Source: Verrucomicrobiia bacterium (GTDB taxonomy: Bacteria; Verrucomicrobiota; Verrucomicrobiia; Palsa-1439). From it: a stretch of 64,000 bases of DNA. The position numbers and the translations under genes were made by a program. The stretch covers positions 258,221-322,220 of the forward strand of contig DATKNW010000016.1 in the NCBI GenBank assembly GCA_035541135.1, in the 5' to 3' direction. Shown here one piece after another: positions 18,897-28,040 of this stretch; the first letter of the stretch is position 1, and every line of letters begins with the position of its first letter. The notes below the pieces were generated by a model that saw only the letters and a list, made by a program, of their open reading frames with translations, did no database searches and had not been told where the DNA came from.

Positions 18897-20633
18897 GTGG
18901 TGCGCCGAACCAAAGAACCTGCCGTTCACCATTCTGATTGCGCTGAGCGCATTCTCGGTGATCTCACGATTGATTCTGATCTTGAAGTGAGTGCGGACAC
19001 GCATAGCGGCGAGTGGAGACCCGTTCGATTCGTCCAGGCCATGGTCCTGGTCGCGCTCGCCTACTGGACCGCGTACGCGGTGGTTGTTCCGGTGACCATT
19101 TGGGACTCGCACACATACAACCTCGCTCGATTACTCATCGCGGAGCACGGGGGACTCTTTGGAAACACCGGCTGGAACTCGGACCGGCAGGTGGCGTTCC
19201 CGTGGAGCTTCGATGCCATTCATTACCCATTTCTGTTTCTGGGGTGGGGGTACGCCGTGCCGAGCTTCCTGTGTTTTGTCGGTGTGATGCTGATCGTGTT
19301 TCAAATGGTGAAGTCGCGATATGACGCTCGAACGGCCTGGCATTGTTGCCTGGCGATCCTGGCTCTGCCGACCGTTATGTTTCAGGCCTCGAGCACCAAG
19401 AACGATCTGGGTTTCGTGTTCGGCATTGCCTGTTGGGTGTATGCGATGTGGCGATTCCAGCGCGAGCGGTTGGCCCGATACCTGGCGTTGGGGGCGCTGG
19501 GGCTGAGCTTCGCCGCGGGAGCCAAAACATTCGGCCTGTTCTTTCTCGCGATACTCTCCGTCCATACCCTCTGGCTTCTCCGCGACACAGCGCGGTTGGC
19601 CAGGCGATTCGTGGGATTCTCCGTCGTCTGTTTTATCCTGCTGGGAAGCGTGGAGATCTACGTGAATAACGAGATGACCTACGGCCATCTGATCGGGAAT
19701 GCCCACATCGCCAGCCACCGTAATGTAGATGGGTTCAGCGGGATGATGGCGAACCTCGTTCGTTACGTCATCGGGTCGACCGACGTGGGATTGGATCTTG
19801 CCAATCCAGAAACCCCATCCGCGGCCTGGCTCGAGAGGTTCTGCCGATCGACCTTGAGTTTCATGCATTTGGAGAACAAGGGTTACCGACCCGATTTCGA
19901 CGATGCGAAACTGCAGTTTCTCAAGACCGGGGGGGAAGCGGGCACGGACTACGGTCCGCTTGGCACCCTGAGCTTGTGGATCGCCGTCTGCTTGATCCTG
20001 TGCCGGCCCGCCCGAGACGACCTTCGCCGCCTGTGTCTGGCGGGACTCGGCAGTCTCCTACTGGTTTGCGCCACGGTGGCCTGGATGCCGTGGAACATGC
20101 GGTTCCTCATGCTGCCGTTTCTGTTGTTCACGCTGGCCACCACAATCTTCCTGACCGGGCCGGAATCACGGAGCCTGTTTGGACAAAGGTTGTTTCTGGT
20201 CCTGGCGGTCAGTTCCGCCATTTTGTTTCCGATGTATTCGTACAACAAGTCCCCGAAACACCTCTGGCGATCAGTTACGCAACGCGAATGGATGACCATG
20301 AGAGAACGCCCATCGATGACGGAAATCGTCGATGATCTCGACGCTCGCCGTGAACAGATCGGCCAGACGCCTCTACTGCTGTCGGCCGGGGGGGATTCCT
20401 GGGTGTTACCCATCTTGCAGATGCGGGATCTGCACGTTATTCCGGGGCCCGTCGTGAGTCTGTCACTGCTTCGCGACGCAGCCGCCCGATATCACAGCCA
20501 AACCGTATACGTTCTCTTGCTGAATCAGCCTCGTCCGTTGGAGCCTGGGTGTACCGTGGCACTGGTGAAACGATACGGTGAACCCGACTCGGGGCTCTAC
20601 GTGTGGTCGTCTTCGGACAGGGCAGGGCAATAG
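18897..20633 (+). CDS. Large polytopic membrane protein, GT-C-like; the start is uncertain and an N-terminal frameshift is possible
   Basis: More than 10 hydrophobic helices. An upstream ORF in another frame (18853-18990) encodes a TM-like N-terminus. Confidence 0.6.
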   Translation: MVRRTKEPAVHHSDCAERILGDLTIDSDLEVSADTHSGEWRPVRFVQAMVLVALAYWTAYAVVVPVTIWDSHTYNLARLLIAEHGGLFGNTGWNSDRQVAFPWSFDAIHYPFLFLGWGYAVPSFLCFVGVMLIVFQMVKSRYDARTAWHCCLAILALPTVMFQASSTKNDLGFVFGIACWVYAMWRFQRERLARYLALGALGLSFAAGAKTFGLFFLAILSVHTLWLLRDTARLARRFVGFSVVCFILLGSVEIYVNNEMTYGHLIGNAHIASHRNVDGFSGMMANLVRYVIGSTDVGLDLANPETPSAAWLERFCRSTLSFMHLENKGYRPDFDDAKLQFLKTGGEAGTDYGPLGTLSLWIAVCLILCRPARDDLRRLCLAGLGSLLLVCATVAWMPWNMRFLMLPFLLFTLATTIFLTGPESRSLFGQRLFLVLAVSSAILFPMYSYNKSPKHLWRSVTQREWMTMRERPSMTEIVDDLDARREQIGQTPLLLSAGGDSWVLPILQMRDLHVIPGPVVSLSLLRDAAARYHSQTVYVLLLNQPRPLEPGCTVALVKRYGEPDSGLYVWSSSDRAGQ

Positions 20634-20757
20634 TGCCTGCTCCCCGCCCGCGGAGCACGACGTCCACGACGGGAACGGGTGGTATTGACATTGTCCAGCG
20701 ATTTTGTAACAAGGGGATCGGGGTGATCGTCCCCGTTGCTTGTCTGGGCTCGCTCGC

Positions 20758-21819
20758 ATGACTGTGGAAACGAAACCTACGGACGTAACTGTGCCGGCGT
20801 TGGAGACTCGGCCCCACAGTGTTTCGCACGAGGCTCTTCTGTCGGTGGTGATTCCGTGCTACAACGAGCAGGACGTCCTGCCGCTGATGTACAAGCGCCT
20901 TACGGCCGCTGCCGCCGAGTGGCCGATCGACTATGAAGTCATTCTTGTCAATGACGGTTCGCGTGACAATACTTGGCAGGTAATGACACAAATCCATGAA
21001 GCGGACCGCCGCTGGAAGATGATCTGCCTGGCTCGCAACTTTGGACATCAGGTTGCGCTCTGGACGGGGCTCACCGCGGCGCGTGGCGACGCGGTCGTGG
21101 TGTTGGACGCCGACTTGCAGGATCCGCCGGAACTCGTGCCGCAGTTCTTGAAAAGATGGACGGAGGGGGTGGACGTTGTCTACGGCGTGCGCCGGAGGCG
21201 AAAAGAGTCCCTCTTGAAGAGAGCGTGTTACTTTCTGTACTACCGCGTCCTGGCGACGCTCTCGGAGGTCGAAATCCCGTTGGACAGCGGCGACTTTTGC
21301 CTGATGGACCGCCGCGTCGTGCAGGTCATTTCCTCGGCTCAAGATAGTCGACCGTTCATTCGTGGGTTGCGGGCCTGGGTCGGTTTTCGTCAGGAGAGCC
21401 TTCCGTATGAGCGGAGCGCACGGGCGGCCGGCCAAGCCAAGTATACTGTGACCATGCTCATGAAACTGGCTGTGGATGGCATTTTGAGCTCGTCGATACG
21501 GCCGTTGCGGTTGGCCACCTATCTGGGCCTGTTCGTATCGGCGTTCGCCTTTCTCGGCACGGTCTTTACGCTCGCCCAGCGCGTGTTTGAGGGACAGTTC
21601 GCGCGGATCGGACTGCGCCCGGTGCCGGGATTTGCGACCACGGTCATCTCGATCCTGTTCCTGGGCGGCGTGCAGTTGTTGTGCGTCGGCATCCTTGGCG
21701 AGTACATCGGAAGAATCTACGAGAATATCAAGGGGCGGCCAGTGTCCACCGTAGCCAGGACCCTGGGCGTCGGCTGGCCGTCGGACGAAGACGGGACCGG
21801 ACGGAGCGCGCGACCGTGA
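20758..21819 (+). CDS. Polyprenyl-phosphate glycosyltransferase (GT2, GtrB/ArnC/DPM1-like)
   Basis: LSVVIPCYNEQD, ILVNDGSRDNT, RNFGHQ and DADLQDPPE, plus two C-terminal TM helices. Confidence 0.9.
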   Translation: MTVETKPTDVTVPALETRPHSVSHEALLSVVIPCYNEQDVLPLMYKRLTAAAAEWPIDYEVILVNDGSRDNTWQVMTQIHEADRRWKMICLARNFGHQVALWTGLTAARGDAVVVLDADLQDPPELVPQFLKRWTEGVDVVYGVRRRRKESLLKRACYFLYYRVLATLSEVEIPLDSGDFCLMDRRVVQVISSAQDSRPFIRGLRAWVGFRQESLPYERSARAAGQAKYTVTMLMKLAVDGILSSSIRPLRLATYLGLFVSAFAFLGTVFTLAQRVFEGQFARIGLRPVPGFATTVISILFLGGVQLLCVGILGEYIGRIYENIKGRPVSTVARTLGVGWPSDEDGTGRSARP

Positions 21820-23117
21820 GTGTTGCGGTGGTCGGCGCGGGGGTCACGGGACTGACCATCGCGCGGCGGTTGTCGGATGCCGGACAGGATGTCTGCGTCT
21901 TCGATGGCGGAAACGCGGGCGGTCTGGCGTCGGGCTTCGAATTTCCCGGTGTGCACGGAACGTATCTGGAGCGATTCTACCATCACATCTTTCGTACCGA
22001 CAAACACGTCATCGATTTGATTCGCGAACACGGCTTGGAAAGCGACCTGCTTTGGCGTCACAGCCGCCCGGGCCTGTACGCCGGGGGGCGCATCTGGCCG
22101 CTGGAATCGCCGCTGGATCTGTTGCGCTGCCGACCCGTGGGTGGTCTGTTGGATCGGTTGAAGATGGGCTGGAACCTGCGGACATTTCAGAAGACGCCGG
22201 ATTGGCGGCCATTTGACTCAATCACCTGCGAAGAATTCTTCCGGCGCCACGGAAACCTGCGTGGCTACCAAGGTCTGTGGGAGCCGCTGCTGAAGGCCAA
22301 ATTCGGTGACGCGTATGCCAACACCCCGGCGGCGTTCCTCTGGGGGCGCATCTATCCCCGGAGCCGCTCCCGCGAAGGGGGCAAAGAGTGTCTCGGCTAT
22401 CTTCGGGGCGGGTTCCAACGGCTGATGGTTGCGGTTGTCGAGAAGCTGGAGAAATCGGGTGTCGAATTTCGACTCGGGACCAAGGTCGAACGCATTGATC
22501 GCACAGGCCGCGGCGACTTTGCCCTTTCGGCTGGCGGGAAGACCGGGTCGTACGACCGCCTGGTCTGGACAGGGCACCCCGGCGATCTCACCCGCCTGCT
22601 CTTCCCCGAGGACGGCGAGTTGAAGCGCCGCGCCTCTCAGATTCAGTACATCGGTGCCTGCTGTCTCGTGCTCCTGTTGGATAAGCCGCTGGGAACTTAT
22701 TACTGGATCAACAATCTGGATCCCGCGATTACGTTCGGCGGCGTGATCGAGCACACGAACCTGGTCGACCCGCGGGATTACGGCGGACGGCACATCGCCT
22801 ACGTTATCAACTACCTCGCGTCCGATCACCCGCAACTGGCCCTGGATGCCGATGAGGTCTTTCGCCTCCATCTGCCGTCGCTTCGAAAATTGTATCCGTC
22901 CTTCGACGAATCGACGGTGCGGGACAAACTGCTGTTTAAGAGCACGCGGGCTTCGCCCCTGTACGATCGGGCATTTCTATTGAGGATGCCCCCGTTCACT
23001 GGCTGGTCCAAGGGCATTGGACTACTCGGGATGCCACAGGTGTATCCGATGGATCGAAACATGAATCACTGTGTCGAAGTCGCTTTGCAGGCAGACTTGA
23101 ATCAGTTGCTGTCCTGA
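21816..23117 (+). CDS. FAD/NAD(P)-binding oxidoreductase (amine-oxidase/Glf-like fold)
   Basis: Dinucleotide-binding motif VAVVGAGVTGLTIARRL..G..V.VFD, then GGLA and FYHHIF. The GTG start overlaps the upstream stop (GTGA). Confidence 0.8.
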   Translation: MSVAVVGAGVTGLTIARRLSDAGQDVCVFDGGNAGGLASGFEFPGVHGTYLERFYHHIFRTDKHVIDLIREHGLESDLLWRHSRPGLYAGGRIWPLESPLDLLRCRPVGGLLDRLKMGWNLRTFQKTPDWRPFDSITCEEFFRRHGNLRGYQGLWEPLLKAKFGDAYANTPAAFLWGRIYPRSRSREGGKECLGYLRGGFQRLMVAVVEKLEKSGVEFRLGTKVERIDRTGRGDFALSAGGKTGSYDRLVWTGHPGDLTRLLFPEDGELKRRASQIQYIGACCLVLLLDKPLGTYYWINNLDPAITFGGVIEHTNLVDPRDYGGRHIAYVINYLASDHPQLALDADEVFRLHLPSLRKLYPSFDESTVRDKLLFKSTRASPLYDRAFLLRMPPFTGWSKGIGLLGMPQVYPMDRNMNHCVEVALQADLNQLLS

Positions 23118-23126
23118 AACGGGCAT

Positions 23127-25355
23127 ATGCAGTACGCCGATACGCTGGGAACTCTGCTCCTGATGCTGGCCATCGGGTGCATGATCGGGTGGAGGGTTGG
23201 CGCGTTGCTGCCGTGGCGGTTACGGGCGGAAAGCCGGCTGCTGCTCAGCCCGCTAATCGGGCTGGCCGTGTTGCTCCACGCGGCGGTTCTGCTGGGCTGG
23301 ATCGGGAATGGGTACCACCAGCCGCTGTGCCTGGCGGTCACCGCTCTTTTGGTCGGGGCATCGGTGTGGGGCCGGCGCGACCTGACGGAGGCGATCAAGA
23401 ACATCCTGCTGGTCGCCTGTTTTTCAGTCGTTACGACCGCGGGAGTGCTGTATCCCGTATGGCGGTACGGCGCGCTGAGTCTCTACAACGATGCTTTCAC
23501 GTATCTGGTGCATGGGCAGTGGCTGCAGACCCACGGGTTTGCGCATCGCGCCGTGCAGTCCGGCAACTACCCTGCCGCCACGCAGGTCTTATGTTATCAG
23601 GTGGTTGGCATGCGCATGGGTGCCTCGTTCCTGCTGGCGTATGTGCAAGCATTGATGGGCGCCACGTGGTCCTATCGCGTATACGCAGCCGTCGTGGCGA
23701 TGCCGGTCGTGCTGGGCGGGCTGTCAGTGGCAGCGGCATCCTATTATGTGTGCCGCCGGCTTGTCTTGTCGCTGCTGTGTGGCGCGGCGGTCGGACTGAC
23801 TCTGAACGGCCTGACCTACGGCGCGTCAAACGGTTTCCTTCCCCAGACATGGGGGCTGGCCTTCGTCGTGGGGAGCCTCGTTCTGATGGGGGGAATGCTC
23901 CGCCATCTGGTCACGCACCCCGGAACGGGCGACAAGTTTACGCACTGGATTCCGGTCAGCTTTCTTCTCTCGGCAGCGATTCACTGCTATTCCGAAATCC
24001 TCCCGTTCCTGGCGGCCTCTCTGGTCCTCGTGTTTCTGGCGGCAGCCGTGCCGCTACGGCGGCAGATCCGTCGCCTTGTACTCATCGCCGGGCGGTTGGC
24101 GTTGCTGTGTCTCAGCCTGGTGAATTTGGAAATGATCCGGGTTGCCCAATCCCTTCGCAGCCAGGTTTCGGCCGTTGTCGGGATGGCCGTTGACTGGCAT
24201 TGGTGGCAGTTTGCCTCGTTGTCGATGGGGCTCCGCACGGGGGCCCATGACGTGAATGTGTACTTGCTGGACAAGGCGCTCATTCCCGTCGCCTGCATTG
24301 CGCTGGCGGGCCTCATGGTCGCCGGTTTGCTCTGGTCCTGCCGACGTCGCGGGAATATCTGGAGCCTTGTGCCTCAGTTGGCGTTTCTGTCACTGGTGGT
24401 CCTCGCCTTTGCCTACTTTCGCTGGATCGTCCCATCTCCCTGGCCAACGGGAACCGGGCAGTCCTGGAGTCAGTTCAAATTGAGCAATTGGGCAAGCCCT
24501 GCCGTGTTCTGTCTGTTGTCGGTGGGGATTGCTGTGATCGCGCACCGCAGCACTGTTCGATCTTTTCTCCTGTCGATTGGACTGACGGCGATCCTGGCCG
24601 TGGGATTTGCCCGGCACGTCCGACTGGCCGAATTTCGAACGCATCCGATCCGAGAAGACTCCGGTTTGTCGGTTGACCCGGTTTCCGCTTTCTTCCGCAT
24701 CCGTCAGTTCGCGGGATTTATTCCACAGGACGATCCGATTTACCTGAGTACCGGCGAGCGCAAGGTGGGAGCTCGCCAAATGCTGATGTACGCCTTGATG
24801 GATCACGCGGTGGCGGGCAATTGGGGTGATGACGCCTGGGTGAGACCGTGGCTGGTGGAGAGCGAACGGGACCAGCCGATTGAGCGGTGCCGCTGGATGG
24901 CCTCGATGGATTCATGGATTCCGACAGGAGCCCATCGCGCCGGTAATCTCTGGTTGGGATCCTGCCCACGTACGTCGTTCGTACTGCAGTCGTCCGCTGG
25001 GGGATACCCGCGCGAGCAGGACCAGACCGGGTGGTGGCAGTGGACCGCCCGGCAGCTCCATTTCACCTGCCTCATTCGGGGGGAACAACCTCGGCGCGTG
25101 GTCCTCTCGTTTACCTACTTGCCGGTCGGCGATCGCCGGCCGGTCCATCTGTCCGTCGGCGGGAAAACCGTGGAGCTTGTGATGGAGGGCGGCTGGCATG
25201 ATTGGACGTCACCAACAATTGAGCTCGACCAGCCCGGTCCGACAATCGAAGTCGCGTTCGACTGTGAAACACCTCCCGTGAAATTGTCGGAACAAGACCC
25301 GCGCGAGGCTTCGTACCTGATCAAGAATCTCGCCCTGCATCGAGTTGACGAATGA
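23127..25355 (+). CDS. Large polytopic membrane protein with a C-terminal soluble beta-rich domain (GT-C-like, unassigned)
   Basis: About 14 hydrophobic segments. The C-terminal module ends in ..YLIKNLALHRV. Confidence 0.7.
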   Translation: MQYADTLGTLLLMLAIGCMIGWRVGALLPWRLRAESRLLLSPLIGLAVLLHAAVLLGWIGNGYHQPLCLAVTALLVGASVWGRRDLTEAIKNILLVACFSVVTTAGVLYPVWRYGALSLYNDAFTYLVHGQWLQTHGFAHRAVQSGNYPAATQVLCYQVVGMRMGASFLLAYVQALMGATWSYRVYAAVVAMPVVLGGLSVAAASYYVCRRLVLSLLCGAAVGLTLNGLTYGASNGFLPQTWGLAFVVGSLVLMGGMLRHLVTHPGTGDKFTHWIPVSFLLSAAIHCYSEILPFLAASLVLVFLAAAVPLRRQIRRLVLIAGRLALLCLSLVNLEMIRVAQSLRSQVSAVVGMAVDWHWWQFASLSMGLRTGAHDVNVYLLDKALIPVACIALAGLMVAGLLWSCRRRGNIWSLVPQLAFLSLVVLAFAYFRWIVPSPWPTGTGQSWSQFKLSNWASPAVFCLLSVGIAVIAHRSTVRSFLLSIGLTAILAVGFARHVRLAEFRTHPIREDSGLSVDPVSAFFRIRQFAGFIPQDDPIYLSTGERKVGARQMLMYALMDHAVAGNWGDDAWVRPWLVESERDQPIERCRWMASMDSWIPTGAHRAGNLWLGSCPRTSFVLQSSAGGYPREQDQTGWWQWTARQLHFTCLIRGEQPRRVVLSFTYLPVGDRRPVHLSVGGKTVELVMEGGWHDWTSPTIELDQPGPTIEVAFDCETPPVKLSEQDPREASYLIKNLALHRVDE

Positions 25356-25454
25356 AGGGCCTTGTTCCCCGGCTTCGCCACCGTGGTCCGTGCGGTCGCA
25401 TGATCCGGGCGGCGACAATGCGGTAGCAGCTCTGGAGCTTTGGTCTGAGGTGCC

Positions 25455-25565
25455 GATTTCAGCTTGCTTTCCCCTGTCGCATCAGTAATCCATTTCGCCG
25501 GAGCTGCTTGGAGGAAGGAACGAGGTCGATCATGCAAACAGGCAAACAGTCCACGGGCATCCGAG
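25455..25565 (+). promoter_or_regulatory. Conserved intergenic element, copy A (promoter-like TTGCTT-N16-TAATCC plus leader)
   Basis: About 70% identical, by hand alignment, to 27853-27963. The perfectly shared cores are GCTTGCTTTC, AGCTGCTTGGAGGAA and TCCACGGG, plus GGTCGA(T/C)CATGCAAA with one mismatch. Confidence 0.5.
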
Positions 25566-25618
25566 ATTATCGAGTGCTCATTCCCGATTTCGGCGAGGCC
25601 GTCGTGGCACCGGCATGA
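25532..25618 (+). CDS. Candidate 28-codon leader ORF (MQTGKQSTGIRD...)
   Basis: The ATG lies inside the conserved element. Its stop TGA overlaps the ATG of the 25615 gene (ATGA). The N-terminus is shared with the ORF at 27930. Confidence 0.3.
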   Translation: MQTGKQSTGIRDYRVLIPDFGEAVVAPA

Positions 25619-27822
25619 GTCAATCGACCTCGAAGAAGATCTGGTGGCTGACCGCGCTCGCGATCAGCGGTTGGTACTTTACCTTGCGACTTCCCGGCCT
25701 GCTCGCAATCCCGATCTTCAATGACGAGGCGATCTTCCTGCGGTGGGCGCAATTGATCCGCCAGGCACCCTGGCGCAATGCACTCGTTTGCCTCGGTGAT
25801 CCGAAACCACCGCTGCATCCTTGGCTGCTGGCACTGGCCGGCAGTGTGATTCGAGACCCGTTGCTGGCAGGCCGCCTGGTGTCGGTCTTGGCCGGATTTC
25901 TGACGCTGTGGGCGGTGGCTGGTTTCTGCTTGGAGCTTCACCATTGGCGAACCAACCCCGACCGTGGCGACTCCGGAGAGTTGTTCGTGTTGCTGGCCGT
26001 GCTATTGGTCCTCGTTTGTCCCTACGTCGCTTTCAACCAGCGTCTGGCATTGGTCGATTCCTCGTTTGTCCTCGCTTCCGTTTCTGCGGCGTGGATGAGC
26101 CTGCGGGCGCGGCGGCGGCTGGATGGGAACCTGGACGCCGGCCGTGGGTTGCTTTTCGTGGCGTTGCCGCTGGGACTGATCATGGCGGTGGCGCTGCTTT
26201 CCCGGCCAATCGTCAGTTACACGCTCTGGTTGTTGCCGCCACTGGCATTGTTCGCCCCGCCGGCGGCGACCCGGCCGATCCCGAGACGATGGGGTGCGGC
26301 GACGCTCTGGTTGGCCGTGGCGTTCATTCTGGCCTGTGTGCTCTGGCTGCCCTGGATTGGTTACGGGGTCTGGCACTCCGTAATCGCCAGCTGGCCCACG
26401 ATCAAGCTCCGTCTTGTCTACCACCCGGACTACGCCCGACCGCTCTCGTTGCCCGACCGATTGGTGCAAATCAAAACCAACTTCATCAAGGTGTGTATTC
26501 CAACGGCCGAGGGACAAGCCAGCATCCACGACATCGTGAAAGGCATCACCGGCCAACCGCAGACGGGCTGGTATTGGTTCTATCTGACGCCACCGGTTTA
26601 TCTCCTGTCGCTGATATCGCTTGTGTATCTTTCGATCCGGCGCGAATGGCGGGGGCTGCTCTTCCTCGGCTGTTATGCGGCGGCGATGGCCGCGCCCTTT
26701 ATCCTGGTCGGCACGCGGTTTTATTCGCGGCATCTGCTCTATGGCGCCGTCCCGCTGTTGATCGGGCTGGCGTGGATGCTCGCCGATGTTCTCGGGGAGT
26801 TCATGCGCCGGAGCCGCGCGAGAATGTGGTGCGGCGTGGGGATTGTCTGCCTGTTGCTCGCTCCGTCGTGTCGGCAGATTCTGTTCCAGGACTTCGAGCC
26901 GGCAGCACAAGTCGTGACCCTGGATGATCGCCTGCAGTACCTCAACGGCTGGGCGAGCGGCTACGCTTCGACCCGGGCGGTGCAAGTTATCAAAGATCTC
27001 GCACAGAAACAGCCGGTGGTCGTCATTACCACGTCGGCGTGGGGTATGCCAGCCGACGCCTTCTGGGTCTATCTGGACCGCTACCCCAACGTCCGCGTCT
27101 ACTATGTTGACTGGTTTGGAAAACAGCCGGTGCTGACCCAGGTCGAACCGGGCAAATACCTGCTGCGCCGTGACAAATGGGCTCTCCCCCCGCCTCCAGC
27201 CGAGCCCGTGACCATCGCCCCCGACACGGCCGTTTTCTTCGTCGGCGATCCATTTCCCGGGGCGGACGAAACCGGAAAGGTCCTCCACCAACACGATCAG
27301 GTCGTTGACGATGCCGTGCGGTTCTACAACAACGAGTTCGTCGGCGGTCCCGCGGCAGGCGACGGGGCGTGGATGTACCGGTTGAGGCTGCCCATCATGC
27401 TGGCACCGGCAGCCGTGGCGCCGCCGTCGGTGCCCGCGCAGGTTGTCGGCGCGTTTCGGCTCACGGAGGGCTGGCATCTGGTCGAGCGAAACGGGTCGGA
27501 CTGGTCGTGCTGGACGTACGGGCGGGGGCGATTGAGCATCGCGGTCTCCAACGACACGCTGGCAACGCTCTCGGGCCAGATTCTGTCGGCGCAACGGCCC
27601 AATGATGCGGACATTCTGGTGAACAACGTGAAGCTCGCGTCGGTGTCTGTGGATTGGACGAATTGGGAGTTCCGGAGTTTTCCGCCGGTGAAACTGCCAT
27701 TGAAGGCGGGGGAGAACACGCTGGAATTTGTCAGTCAGAAGCCGCCAATCAGAATCGGAACGGACGGTCGTGATCTGGCCGTGGCCGTGAAGAATCTGGT
27801 GCTCACAACCACCGCCGAATAG
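25615..27822 (+). CDS. GT-C glycosyltransferase (ArnT/PMT_2-like) with a C-terminal beta-rich domain
   Basis: The first-loop motif IFNDEAIFLRWAQ, about 12 TM helices, and a C-terminal module ending in ..AVAVKNLVL. Confidence 0.8.
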   Translation: MSQSTSKKIWWLTALAISGWYFTLRLPGLLAIPIFNDEAIFLRWAQLIRQAPWRNALVCLGDPKPPLHPWLLALAGSVIRDPLLAGRLVSVLAGFLTLWAVAGFCLELHHWRTNPDRGDSGELFVLLAVLLVLVCPYVAFNQRLALVDSSFVLASVSAAWMSLRARRRLDGNLDAGRGLLFVALPLGLIMAVALLSRPIVSYTLWLLPPLALFAPPAATRPIPRRWGAATLWLAVAFILACVLWLPWIGYGVWHSVIASWPTIKLRLVYHPDYARPLSLPDRLVQIKTNFIKVCIPTAEGQASIHDIVKGITGQPQTGWYWFYLTPPVYLLSLISLVYLSIRREWRGLLFLGCYAAAMAAPFILVGTRFYSRHLLYGAVPLLIGLAWMLADVLGEFMRRSRARMWCGVGIVCLLLAPSCRQILFQDFEPAAQVVTLDDRLQYLNGWASGYASTRAVQVIKDLAQKQPVVVITTSAWGMPADAFWVYLDRYPNVRVYYVDWFGKQPVLTQVEPGKYLLRRDKWALPPPPAEPVTIAPDTAVFFVGDPFPGADETGKVLHQHDQVVDDAVRFYNNEFVGGPAAGDGAWMYRLRLPIMLAPAAVAPPSVPAQVVGAFRLTEGWHLVERNGSDWSCWTYGRGRLSIAVSNDTLATLSGQILSAQRPNDADILVNNVKLASVSVDWTNWEFRSFPPVKLPLKAGENTLEFVSQKPPIRIGTDGRDLAVAVKNLVLTTTAE

Positions 27823-27852
27823 TGCCGCGAGCGCCGTGCGAGGCCCTGACCT

Positions 27853-27963
27853 GATTCTGGCTTGCTTTCTTATCCCGCCTCGGTAAACCATCCCCGTCAA
27901 AGCTGCTTGGAGGAAACACAGGGTCGACCATGCAAATGCGCCAACCATCCACGGGGAGCCGCG
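27853..27963 (+). promoter_or_regulatory. Conserved intergenic element, copy B (TTGCTT-N16-TAAACC plus leader)
   Basis: Collinear with copy A. The spacing from the -35-like hexamer to the ATG is identical (68 nt). Confidence 0.5.
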
Positions 27964-28022
27964 ACGGCGAAGTGGTGGCGGAATGCGTGAGGCATCCCGA
28001 ATCGAATGCACTCGTGTATTAG
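27930..28022 (+). CDS. Candidate 30-codon leader ORF (MQMRQPSTGSRD...)
   Basis: Its stop TAG overlaps an AGGAGG that lies 14 nt upstream of the wzm GTG. Confidence 0.3.
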   Translation: MQMRQPSTGSRDGEVVAECVRHPESNALVY

Positions 28023-28040
28023 GAGGTTTCAAGCGGCAGC

